DNA from: Clostridiales bacterium
Lineage (GTDB): Bacteria > Bacillota > Clostridia > Christensenellales > Aristaeellaceae
Assembly (NCBI GenBank): GCA_004555155.1
Contig: SFJH01000004.1
Location: 28,586 to 92,585, forward strand
Reading direction: 5' to 3'
Length of the DNA: 64,000 nt
A model generated the notes under the pieces. That model did not search any database. It was given only the letters and a program-made list of their open reading frames with translations, and was not told where the DNA came from. This document shows positions 19,574 to 27,778 of the stretch, piece by piece; the stretch's first letter is position 1, and every line of letters begins with the position of its first letter. Position numbers and translations under genes: made by a program.

Positions 19574-21061
19574 GTGCTGGCAATGAGCAGCGTGAGCGCG
19601 TTCGCCTGCACCGGATTCTATGTTGGCAAGGGCGCCAGCGCCAATGGCACGACCATGATCGGCCATACCGTCGACTCCTGGACCACGGCGCAGAGCGTCA
19701 CCTGGGTGGTGGATCGCGTGGAGGACGAGCCCGGCCGCACCTACAAGGTGGCCGACGGCGTGGAATTCCCGCTGCCCGATACCACTTACAAGTATACCAC
19801 GACGCCCTTCACCTACGGCATCTGGGACGGCGCCACCGCCAATGAAATGGGCGTCGGCTGCACCGCCGCCATCACCTGCTATGTGACCGACGAGATGAAG
19901 GAGCTGGATCCCACCGTTGAAAACGGCCTGAGCGAGCAGTTCCTGTGCGCGCTGGTCGCCCTGTGCGCGTCCTCTGCGCGCGAGGGCGTTCAGGTTCTGG
20001 CCGATTACATCGACATGTTCGGCAATGCCGAGCAGAACACCATTCTGATCGCCGACCAGAATGAGGCCTGGTACATGGAGACCTACACCGGCCATCAGTG
20101 GTGCGCGGTCAAGATGCCCGAGGACTGCGTCGCCGTGTTCGGCAACCAGTTCATGCTGCAGTCCGTCGATCCCGAGAGCGACGACGTGATGTACTCCGAC
20201 GAGCTGTTCTCCATGCCCGAGGAGGCCGGCCTGGCGGTCTATACCGAGGACGGCAGCATGGATCTGTTCGCCACCTATTCCGGCAACGTGCTGCGCGACG
20301 GCAACAACCTGCGCACCTGGTACGGCCACGTGCTCTTCGCGCCCTCCACGGCCGGCGAGTATGCCACCGAGACCCACTACGATCTGTTCTATCAGCCCGA
20401 CGCGCCCATCACGCTGAACGACGTGTTCGACATGACCCGCGCCCGCTATGAGGGCGCCGAGTATTGCCCCGAGACCATCGAGGACTACGCATATGACATC
20501 CGCGTCATCGCCATCGAGCGCCAGATGAACATCGGCGTCATCGAAATCCACGACGATCTGCCCGCCGAGATGGCCATCACCACCTGGGTCTGCACCACCG
20601 ATGCGGAGCACTCCGTGTATCTGCCCGTCTCCAACCTGGTCACCGACCTGGCGGACGTGTTCGAGTACGTTCCCGAGACGGACGGCCCCGACGAGAACTG
20701 CGCGCACTACCTGTTCAAGCGCCTGTCCGCGCTGGCGAAGCAGGACCGCGAGTGGTACGGCCAGGGCGTCCGCGCCTACTGGAACCAGGTCGAAGAGCAG
20801 CTCGTCGACGTGAACGGCGATGTGCTGGCCGAGACGCTGAAGCTCTATGAGACCGATCCCGAGGCCGCCAAGGCGTACATCACCAACTACACCATCGGCG
20901 TTCAGCAGAAGGCGGTTGAGGATGCGAAGACCATCTTCGATGAGCTGATGTGGTATGTCATCTCCTGCACCAACACCTCAAAGGATCCCCATGCCTTCAA
21001 TCCCTTCGTGCCCTCCCTGCTGATCGTTGAGGAAGAGGCCGAGACGGAAGAGGCCGCCTGA
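19574..21061 (+). CDS. C69 family dipeptidase (5' end apparently frameshifted, see findings)
   Basis: 495-aa ORF. AFA/CTGFYVGKGASANGTTMIGHTVDS has the N-terminal Cys nucleophile context of C69/Ntn dipeptidases. The RBS-linked ATG at 19542 is in another frame. Confidence 0.8.
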   Translation: MLAMSSVSAFACTGFYVGKGASANGTTMIGHTVDSWTTAQSVTWVVDRVEDEPGRTYKVADGVEFPLPDTTYKYTTTPFTYGIWDGATANEMGVGCTAAITCYVTDEMKELDPTVENGLSEQFLCALVALCASSAREGVQVLADYIDMFGNAEQNTILIADQNEAWYMETYTGHQWCAVKMPEDCVAVFGNQFMLQSVDPESDDVMYSDELFSMPEEAGLAVYTEDGSMDLFATYSGNVLRDGNNLRTWYGHVLFAPSTAGEYATETHYDLFYQPDAPITLNDVFDMTRARYEGAEYCPETIEDYAYDIRVIAIERQMNIGVIEIHDDLPAEMAITTWVCTTDAEHSVYLPVSNLVTDLADVFEYVPETDGPDENCAHYLFKRLSALAKQDREWYGQGVRAYWNQVEEQLVDVNGDVLAETLKLYETDPEAAKAYITNYTIGVQQKAVEDAKTIFDELMWYVISCTNTSKDPHAFNPFVPSLLIVEEEAETEEAA

Positions 21062-21084
21062 TTGACGGAAACCATCTGAATGAC

Positions 21085-21119
21085 CCAAGGGCCCTGCCGC
21101 TAAGCGGCAGGGCCCTTGG
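21085..21119 (+). terminator. 16-bp perfect hairpin downstream of the dipeptidase gene
   Basis: ccaagggccctgccgc-taa-gcggcagggcccttgg. There is no strong T-tract, so it may be a factor-independent terminator or an RNA-stability element. Confidence 0.55.
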
Positions 21120-21243
21120 CATGGGAGCCGAATGGGCGCGATAAATCCCCCGGATTCGACTGGGGGTAGAGATGCCCTTCTTGGAGGGCCATCACAGGAG
21201 TTAAGCCCTTACCTGTTCAACGGGTGGTTATGACTGCGGGAAA

Positions 21244-21300
21244 GCGTTTCGCGGCGGTCTGCCGTCAGCCCCGCGGAGACGGCAGGCCGCCGCGGAACGC
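21244..21300 (-). terminator. 23-bp hairpin downstream of the phosphodiesterase-family gene
   Basis: gcgtttcgcggcggtctgccgtc / gacggcaggccgccgcggaacgc (two G-U pairs, 11-nt loop). The minus strand continues with tttccc. Confidence 0.55.
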
Positions 21301-21341
21301 TTGAGGTTCGGCGACAGCCTGTGCGGGGGTCAAAGGCGGGT

Positions 21342-22643
21342 CTATTCGCTGAACAGCTCGGTCAGACAGCGGCCGTCCGTGCCCTCCATCTTCAGACCGA
21401 GGGCGTGGGCGAAGGTGGGCGCTTCGTCGACCAGCAGCGCGTCCGGGATCACTGCGCCGGGCTTCATGTGCGGGCCGAAGGCGATCAGCGTGGGCTGAGG
21501 TCCCTTTTCCGGCAGATGACCGTGCGTGGCGCGGCCGAACCGGTAGTTGCGGTTGTCCTGGGGGCGCACCAGCGGACGCACCCAGTCGTTGGCGAAGGTG
21601 GTGTAGCCGTCGGTCTCCACCACGAAGGAGAAGTCGCCGCCCAGATGGTGCTGCGCGCGGGCCTCGGCTTCGGTGAACACCTGACCGACGCCCATGACCT
21701 CGCCGGCGGCCAGCTCGTCCAGCACGGCCTTCGTGCGCGCCAGATCCTCCGCGCAGTCGGGATGCTTCAGATAGACCAGCGCGGAGAGTCCGCCGGACTT
21801 CGCAAAGGCGGTCCAGTCGCGGATTTCGCCGCTTTCGTCCACGTCGATCAGCCCGCGCTCGGCCAGCAGCGCGTTCAGCGCCACGCAGCGGCGAATGGCC
21901 AGCTGACCGTGGTCGCTGACGATGAAGAAGTCGGTCTTGTCCAGAATGCCCGCGTCGTCCGCCGCCTTCATCAGCTGGCCGATCCACAGGTTTGTCTCGT
22001 ACAGACCCGCTTCCACCTTGGGCGTGAACAGACCCGTCTCGTGGCGGTAGGCGTCCACGTTGGCGGGATGCACCATCAGCAGGTTGGGCTTGAAGCTGGT
22101 CAGCATGTCGCAGGCGCAGGCCATCACGAAGGCGTCGCACCAGGGGTGCTTGCGGTGGCGGTTTTCCACATACTTCAGGTTGGGCAGCACGATCTTCTGC
22201 ATGACCTCCTCGCTGGAGCCGGAATCGCGGAAGCACTGCTCCGAGGACTCGCCGTGCTGCGGCCAGTATTCGTTCACGAGATAGTCGATGTTCTTGTCGT
22301 TGCCGGTCACCGGCCAGAACACGGCGGCGGTGGACAGTCCGGCCTCATGGGCGCAATCGAAGATCGACTTCGCCTTCACCAGACTGCGCTCATGCTGCCA
22401 GAGACTGCTGCGCACCAGCAGCTCGGGGCGCTCGTTGTTCACGATGCCGTGGGTTTCGGGGTATACGCCGGTCATCATGGTGGAATGGCAGGGATAGGTG
22501 ATGGTGGGATAGACGGACTTCACGCGATTGACGCGGGCAGTGCGATCCCATACCGATTCAAAGGTGTACAGCTTCGATAGAATTTCCAGATCTTCATAGA
22601 CCATCGCGTCCACGGACACGACGACCACATGCCGGTCGTTCAT
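21342..22643 (-). CDS. alkaline-phosphatase-superfamily nucleotide pyrophosphatase/phosphodiesterase-like protein
   Basis: 433 aa. VVVSVDAM .. VYPTITYPCHSTMMTGVYPETHGIVNN matches the type I phosphodiesterase/NPP family, with the Thr nucleophile context. Confidence 0.8.
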   Translation of the reverse strand: MNDRHVVVVSVDAMVYEDLEILSKLYTFESVWDRTARVNRVKSVYPTITYPCHSTMMTGVYPETHGIVNNERPELLVRSSLWQHERSLVKAKSIFDCAHEAGLSTAAVFWPVTGNDKNIDYLVNEYWPQHGESSEQCFRDSGSSEEVMQKIVLPNLKYVENRHRKHPWCDAFVMACACDMLTSFKPNLLMVHPANVDAYRHETGLFTPKVEAGLYETNLWIGQLMKAADDAGILDKTDFFIVSDHGQLAIRRCVALNALLAERGLIDVDESGEIRDWTAFAKSGGLSALVYLKHPDCAEDLARTKAVLDELAAGEVMGVGQVFTEAEARAQHHLGGDFSFVVETDGYTTFANDWVRPLVRPQDNRNYRFGRATHGHLPEKGPQPTLIAFGPHMKPGAVIPDALLVDEAPTFAHALGLKMEGTDGRCLTELFSE

Positions 22644-22661
22644 GGCGAGTTCCTCCTGATT

Positions 22662-23300
22662 TCATTCAAAAATTCTGCGAACCTCGCGGGCGACGGCCTG
22701 TCCCAGCGCGCGGTGAGATTCCGGTTCCATGTGAATGCCGTCGATCTTCGAGGGCTGCGCGACTGCGGCGGCGTCCAGGAAGAACACGCCCTTGGCTTCG
22801 GCCACATGGCGATAATATTTCGCGAAGCTGCGGCTCTCCGCGGCGGCGTTGCGGAGCGTGCCGAAGGGATCGTTTTCCACTGCGGGATCGATCAGGATCG
22901 GCGAGACCAGCAGGATCTTCACACCGTTGGGGAACACAAGACTGCTCTCCCTGCGCGCCTGCACGGCTTCCGTCAGCGCGATCAGCGCGTCGCAGCCCCG
23001 GGCGGCGGAGAATGCGTCCACAAATTTCAGATCGTTGGTGCCCAGCATCAGCACCAGCAGATCCAGCGGCTTCTGCGCCACCAGCGCGACGGGCAGCGCG
23101 TCGCAGCCCAGCCGCCAGGGCGTGCAGGGATCCTCATAGACGGTGGTGCGGGCGTTGGAGCCGTCCTCGATCACGCGGAAGTCCGCCCCCAGTTCGCGCT
23201 GGAGCACGCCGGTCCAGCGGGTATTTTCGTCATATCGCACGCCGGAGCCGGGGGTGAATCCCCAGGTGTTGGAATCGCCAAAGCAAAGGATGTTCTTCAT
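22662..23300 (-). CDS. SGNH/GDSL hydrolase family protein
   Basis: Track ORF is 22662..23438. I prefer the ATG at 23300 (MKNILCFGDSNTWG), which follows GGAGG. Block I GDS, plus LGTND and a C-terminal DGIH block. Confidence 0.8.
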   Translation of the reverse strand: MKNILCFGDSNTWGFTPGSGVRYDENTRWTGVLQRELGADFRVIEDGSNARTTVYEDPCTPWRLGCDALPVALVAQKPLDLLVLMLGTNDLKFVDAFSAARGCDALIALTEAVQARRESSLVFPNGVKILLVSPILIDPAVENDPFGTLRNAAAESRSFAKYYRHVAEAKGVFFLDAAAVAQPSKIDGIHMEPESHRALGQAVAREVRRIFE

Positions 23301-23434
23301 GTGTGCCTCCACATTCGATGGGTTGAATATTTTACTACATAAATTATACGCTTCCGCCGGAAAATTCGCAATGGTTTTGTCGGAATCTGTGCAAAAAAAC
23401 GCGCAGTTCCCGGAAGGGGAGCTGCGCGCAGGGA

Positions 23435-24466
23435 TCATACGCCCTGATCGAGGATCTCCTTCAGCAGCGGAGTCAGGTGGTCGGCGATGACGCGATGGCC
23501 GTCCCGAAGCGGATGCAGCGGCTCCGCCGGCACCCAGCCGCGGCTGGAGATAAAGTGGATGGGGTGCGCGTGCGTGCGATTGTACTCGGCGACGAACGCG
23601 CCCACGTCGGCGTCGAAGTTGCCGCAGAAGGCGCTCAGGCAGACGACGATGGACTGCGGCGCGCGTTCGCGGATCAGATCGACCAGCTCGCCATAGCGAA
23701 GGATGTATTCCTCCGCGCTGGCGGCGAAGTCGTTCGCGCCGTGGTTGATGACCGCGATGTCCGGCTTCTCGCCGGTATAGGGCACGCCGTCGAAGACCCA
23801 GGGGTAGATCAATCCGGCCCGGGGCACGCTGCCGCAGCCCGCCCGGGTGAGTCCCACCGCGCCGTAGGCCTGATAGATCGCCCGCAGGTTCAGCCGCTCG
23901 GCGGTGAGCGCGGCGTAGGTGGCGGCGTTGTCGTCCTGATAGGGGCGGTTGAACTGGTCGATCAGGTTGGCGGGCGTTTCGGCGTAGTCCGCGTCCGTCA
24001 GCACGCCCTCGGTGATGGAATCGCCGATGAATTCAATGATCTTCCGATCGTCCGGCGGGAGCGCGCCGGGCGCGTCCGCGTCCGCGCCAATGAAGGCGAT
24101 CGAGCCCATCAGCGGCGCGTACCAGCGGGGGAGCTGCTCCATGCCGCCCTTGTAGGTCACGCGCACGACGTGCTCGCCGTCGCGGCCGGCGTCAATGCGC
24201 AGATAGCGATCCACCGGAACCTCGACCCGCGCGCCGCCGTCCACCTGAATCCACAGGTGGGGAAAGGGCTGGCCCAGATAGCCCAGGTCGAAGCGCAGCC
24301 GCGCCTCCCGTCCCCGGAAGGCCAGCTCGAAACAGGAACCCGCCGCCGTGGTGGCGGTATACGCCGCAGTGGGCTGTACGAATACATGGGGATCCGCGCC
24401 GTCCGCGCTCAGACAGCTCCAGCGACCGGTCAGGCGCACCGCCGGGTCGTGCCAGGGAATGAACAT
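23435..24466 (-). CDS. SGNH/GDSL hydrolase with an N-terminal beta-sandwich-like domain (carbohydrate-esterase-like)
   Basis: About 343 aa. The C-terminal half has FIGDSITEG, INHGANDF and the catalytic-end motif LHPLRDGH. The N-terminal ~140 aa is non-catalytic. Confidence 0.7.
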   Translation of the reverse strand: MFIPWHDPAVRLTGRWSCLSADGADPHVFVQPTAAYTATTAAGSCFELAFRGREARLRFDLGYLGQPFPHLWIQVDGGARVEVPVDRYLRIDAGRDGEHVVRVTYKGGMEQLPRWYAPLMGSIAFIGADADAPGALPPDDRKIIEFIGDSITEGVLTDADYAETPANLIDQFNRPYQDDNAATYAALTAERLNLRAIYQAYGAVGLTRAGCGSVPRAGLIYPWVFDGVPYTGEKPDIAVINHGANDFAASAEEYILRYGELVDLIRERAPQSIVVCLSAFCGNFDADVGAFVAEYNRTHAHPIHFISSRGWVPAEPLHPLRDGHRVIADHLTPLLKEILDQGV

Positions 24467-24496
24467 ACGCTCGCGTCCTTTCAATAGAGGTTCGGT

Positions 24497-25543
24497 TTAT
24501 CCGATGCGGACGACCGCCTTGACGATGTCGGCCTTGTTTTTCACGCTGTCGTCCATGGCCTGCTGGACGTCGTCCAGATCGTAGCAGTTGGTGACGATGC
24601 CCTTCAGATTGATCCGGCCCGCCGCGACGGCCTCGATGGCCATCGGGTAGATGTGGCGGTAGCGGAACACGGTCTTGAAGGTCAGCTCCTTGTCCAGCGC
24701 CAGACTGACGGGCAGCGTCAGCTCGCCGGTTCTGCTGTAACCCACCAGCACGATGGTCGCGCCCTTCTTCGCCATGTGAATGGCCTGAACGGTGGTGACC
24801 TGGGTTCCGGCGGTCTCGATGACCAGATCCACGCCGCGGCCGTCGGTCAGCTCCGCGATCTTTGCCAGCACGTCCTCCTTTGCGGCGTTGATCGCGCCGT
24901 CCGCGCCCAGCTCCAGCGCCTTCTCCAGACGCTTTTCCATCACGTCCACCATGTAGACCCGGTTGACGCCCATGGCCTTCAGCGCCATCATGCTCACCAG
25001 TCCGATGCAGCCGGAGCCGGTGACCACCGCGGTCTGACCCGCCTGCGCGCCGCCCTGACGCGCGGCGTGGAAGCCCACCGCCAGCGGCTCGATCAGCGCG
25101 CCCTCCAGGGTGCTGACGTTTTCCGGCAGCTTGAAGCACAGATCGGCCTCGTGGGCCACGTATTCCTGAAACACGCCGTCCACCGGCGGGGTGGCGAAGA
25201 ACACCACGTCGGGGCAGAGGTTGTAGCGGCCCGTCTTGCAGAATTCGCACTTGCCGCAGGTCTTGCCCGGCTCCAGCGCCACGCGGTCGCCCACCTTCAG
25301 ATGCCTGACGTTCGCGCCGACCTCCACCACCGTGCCGCCCGGCTCGTGTCCCAGCACGAAGGGCGGTTCCACGACGTAATTGCCGATGGCCCCGGATTCG
25401 TAATAGTGCAGATCGCTGCCGCAGATGCCGACGTACTCCAGCTTCACCAGCACCTCGTCGTCCTTCGGCACGGGGATGGGGCGCTGTTCGAAGCCCATCT
25501 TGCCGATGCCCAGCATCACTGCGGTCTTCATGGTACCCTTCAT
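24497..25543 (-). CDS. zinc-dependent alcohol/polyol dehydrogenase (sorbitol/threonine dehydrogenase-like MDR)
   Basis: Track ORF is 24497..25606. I prefer the ATG at 25543, which follows [21 protein letters not shown], structural-zinc [18 protein letters not shown] motif VTGSGCIG. Confidence 0.85.
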   Translation of the reverse strand: MKGTMKTAVMLGIGKMGFEQRPIPVPKDDEVLVKLEYVGICGSDLHYYESGAIGNYVVEPPFVLGHEPGGTVVEVGANVRHLKVGDRVALEPGKTCGKCEFCKTGRYNLCPDVVFFATPPVDGVFQEYVAHEADLCFKLPENVSTLEGALIEPLAVGFHAARQGGAQAGQTAVVTGSGCIGLVSMMALKAMGVNRVYMVDVMEKRLEKALELGADGAINAAKEDVLAKIAELTDGRGVDLVIETAGTQVTTVQAIHMAKKGATIVLVGYSRTGELTLPVSLALDKELTFKTVFRYRHIYPMAIEAVAAGRINLKGIVTNCYDLDDVQQAMDDSVKNKADIVKAVVRIG

Positions 25544-25673
25544 GGAAATCAGCCTCCGTATGTGATAAAATGGATCCAAAACGACCAGAATAATGACCGA
25601 CATCATTGTATCACGCGCTTCACAGACCTGTCAATGCGCACAGGATGCAGGCAGAAAAAATGAAGGACGGGGC

Positions 25674-25702
25674 TTGTATCTTGGCTGTGAATGTTATATA
25701 AT
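25674..25702 (+). promoter_or_regulatory. sigma-A-type promoter TTGTAT-17-TATAAT for pfk
   Basis: gcTTGTATcttggctgtgaatgttaTATAATgg. Confidence 0.55.
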
Positions 25703-25756
25703 GGAAATGTAAATGTCCGTTCCGGAACGTATGAACCACGAGAGAGGTGTTTATTC

Positions 25757-26830
25757 ATGATCAGAATCGGTATGCTCACCAGCGGCGGCGACTGCCAGGC
25801 GCTGAACGCGGCGATGCGCGGCGTGGCCAAGACGCTTTACAATTCCAAAGAAGATGTGGAGATCTACGGCTTCCTCGACGGATACCAGGGCCTGATTTAC
25901 GGCCGGTTCCGCCTGCTGACCTACGACGATTTCTCCGGCATTCTCACCAAGGGCGGCACCTTCCTGGGCAGCAGCCGCACGCCCTTCAAGACCATCCAGG
26001 AGCCGGGCGCGGACGGCGTCGACAAGGTTGCAGCGATGAAGCAGAACTATTACAAGCTGCAGCTGAACTGCCTGGTGATCCTGGGCGGCAACGGCACCCA
26101 CAAGACCGCGAATCTGCTGCGCGAGCAGGGACTGAACGTCGTGACCCTGCCCAAGACCATCGACAACGACCTCTGGGGCACCGACATGACCTTCGGCTTC
26201 CAGAGCGCCGTGAACGTGGCCACCGACGCCATCGACTGCATTCACACCACCGCCGCGTCCCACGGCCGCGTGTTCATCGTGGAGGTCATGGGCCACAAGG
26301 TCGGCTGGCTGACCCTCAACGCGGGCATGGCCGGCGGCGCGGACATCATCCTGATCCCCGAGATCCCCTACGATATCGACAAGGTGGTCAAGAAGATCAA
26401 GGAGCGCCACGACAAGGGCAGCCGCTTCACCATCCTGGCCGTCGCCGAGGGCGCCATCTCCAAGGAGGACGCGAAGCTGTCCAAGAAGGAATACAAAAAG
26501 AAGATGGAGAACTACAAGTATCCCTCCGTCTCCTATGAAATCGCCGAGCAGATCGCCAAGAAGAGCGGCTTCGACGTGCGCGTGACCGTGCCTGGACATA
26601 CCCAGCGCGGCGGCAGTCCCTGCCCCTATGACCGCGTGTTCGCCAGCCGCCTCGGCTCCGAGGCGGGCCGCCTGATTCTGAAGGGCGAGTACGGCTTCAT
26701 GGTGGGCTACAAGAACCGCGAGATCGTGAAGGTCCCGCTGGAGGACGTGGCCGGCAAGCTGAAGATGGTCGATCCCGACGCCTCCATCGTCAAGGAGGCC
26801 AAGATGCTGGGCATCAGCTTCGGCGACTGA
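25757..26830 (+). CDS. pfkA: 6-phosphofructokinase family protein
   Basis: Track ORF is 25691..26830. I prefer the ATG at 25757 (MIRIGMLTSGGDCQALNAAMRG). PKTIDNDLWGTDMTFGF, PGHTQRGG. The nucleotide-loop variant is GGNGT (see rejected notes). Confidence 0.8.
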   Translation: MIRIGMLTSGGDCQALNAAMRGVAKTLYNSKEDVEIYGFLDGYQGLIYGRFRLLTYDDFSGILTKGGTFLGSSRTPFKTIQEPGADGVDKVAAMKQNYYKLQLNCLVILGGNGTHKTANLLREQGLNVVTLPKTIDNDLWGTDMTFGFQSAVNVATDAIDCIHTTAASHGRVFIVEVMGHKVGWLTLNAGMAGGADIILIPEIPYDIDKVVKKIKERHDKGSRFTILAVAEGAISKEDAKLSKKEYKKKMENYKYPSVSYEIAEQIAKKSGFDVRVTVPGHTQRGGSPCPYDRVFASRLGSEAGRLILKGEYGFMVGYKNREIVKVPLEDVAGKLKMVDPDASIVKEAKMLGISFGD

Positions 26831-26894
26831 GTGCAATTCATTTCCGGGGGCCGCACAGGTTCTCCTTTTCGAGCGCGAGACCGAATGTATAAAC

Positions 26895-26921
26895 GGGGCG
26901 GAGAGGTGAACTCTCCGCCCC
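26895..26921. terminator. hairpin between convergent pfk and the DUF2992 gene
   Basis: ggggcggagag-gtgaa-ctctccgcccc (11 bp). Confidence 0.5.
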
Positions 26922-26928
26922 GCTGGCG

Positions 26929-27339
26929 TCAATGACCGCGGTGGCGCTGCTTCTGCCGCTCGCGCTTCAGAAGATACTGCCGCCGGGCCTCCGCCTCCCG
27001 CTGCGCACGGGTTTGAATCCGCCGTTCCTCCTTTGCCGCTTCGCGCCCGGCCTGCAGTGCCTGCTGGGCGCGGGTGCCGATCCCGCGATCGATGGCTCTC
27101 GCCGCTTCCCGCTGGCGTCGCTTCGGGTTGGCTGCGGGCGGCTTGACCAGCCCGCCCGGCTGCGCCGGAGAGAAGGTCAGCCCGGAAAACGACCGCAGTA
27201 GCCACGCGTGAACCTCGGGTTCGCTGGGCTCCGGGCCGAATACGTGCCGCGCTGCGGAGAGCTGTCCGAGATCATCGGTGCGCTCCGCAACGCCCACCCA
27301 GAAGGGGGATTCAAAGAAAACCGTCAGTGCAATGCGCAT
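26929..27339 (-). CDS. DUF2992 (YjdF-like) family protein
   Basis: Track ORF is 26929..27390. I prefer the ATG at 27339 (MRIALTVFFESPFWVGVAERTDD..), which follows AGGAGG. Basic Arg/Lys/Glu-rich C-terminal tail, as in YjdF-like proteins. Confidence 0.65.
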   Translation of the reverse strand: MRIALTVFFESPFWVGVAERTDDLGQLSAARHVFGPEPSEPEVHAWLLRSFSGLTFSPAQPGGLVKPPAANPKRRQREAARAIDRGIGTRAQQALQAGREAAKEERRIQTRAQREAEARRQYLLKRERQKQRHRGH

Positions 27340-27472
27340 GTTGCACGCCTCCTGTTCGCCGAACCAGGTTTGGAAGGGCGGACGACCCACAGGAGGGGAG
27401 GGCTACTGATGGCGAAAAGCCACGCACGGACTACCAACCGCGCCGTGTTTTTCCCTTCGGTTCGACAGAGTC

Positions 27473-27501
27473 AGTATAGAGGAAAACGAACGCGCTGTAA
27501 A
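27473..27501 (-). promoter_or_regulatory. sigma-A-type promoter TTTACA-17-TATACT upstream of the DUF2992 gene
   Basis: Minus-strand read: tcTTTACAgcgcgttcgttttcctcTATACTgac. It implies a leader of about 130 nt. Confidence 0.5.
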
Positions 27502-27717
27502 GAAGGAAATTCGGGCCGCGCAAAATCCATGACCAGCCGCGAAACCTCCGCCTTCCAAGTCAACGGTCCGAAATTCTCGGCTGCAGTTCAAACCTCCCGT
27601 CCAAACCGGACGCCGGGCCGCCGTCCGGCCCGACGTCCCCCGAACAGAAATGAAAGTCCACAAAAAGAACTCCGCCGGCTGCATGCAGCCGGCGAAGCGT
27701 TTTCTTTGGAGGGGTGC

Positions 27718-27754
27718 GGGGAGGGATTTCTTTTTCAAAAAGAAATCCCTCCCC
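27718..27754. terminator. 18-bp perfect palindromic hairpin at the 3' end of phoR
   Basis: ggggagggatttcttttt-c-aaaaagaaatccctcccc, 25 nt beyond the phoR stop. Confidence 0.6.
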
Positions 27755-27778
27755 GCCGTCATCCTGCGTTTCCCCGCG

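Noticed and set aside
21125-21170. tmRNA-like 5' motif (gggcgcg...cggattcgac-tggggg, resembling GGGG..GGAUUCGAC).
   Set aside because: There is no tag-reading-frame candidate. No T-arm or CCA-type 3' end occurs within the available ~200 nt before the next gene. The GGATTCGAC is embedded in a simple CCCCC/GGGGG hairpin. A tRNA T-arm reading on either strand does not fold either.
26084-26098. The phosphofructokinase nucleotide loop reads GGNGT instead of the GGDG(S/T) I remember, and MGHKVGW appears instead of MGR...
   Set aside because: All other PFK motifs are intact. I have a recollection that this variant belongs to a natural clostridial PFK subfamily. Without an alignment I cannot call it a loss of function.
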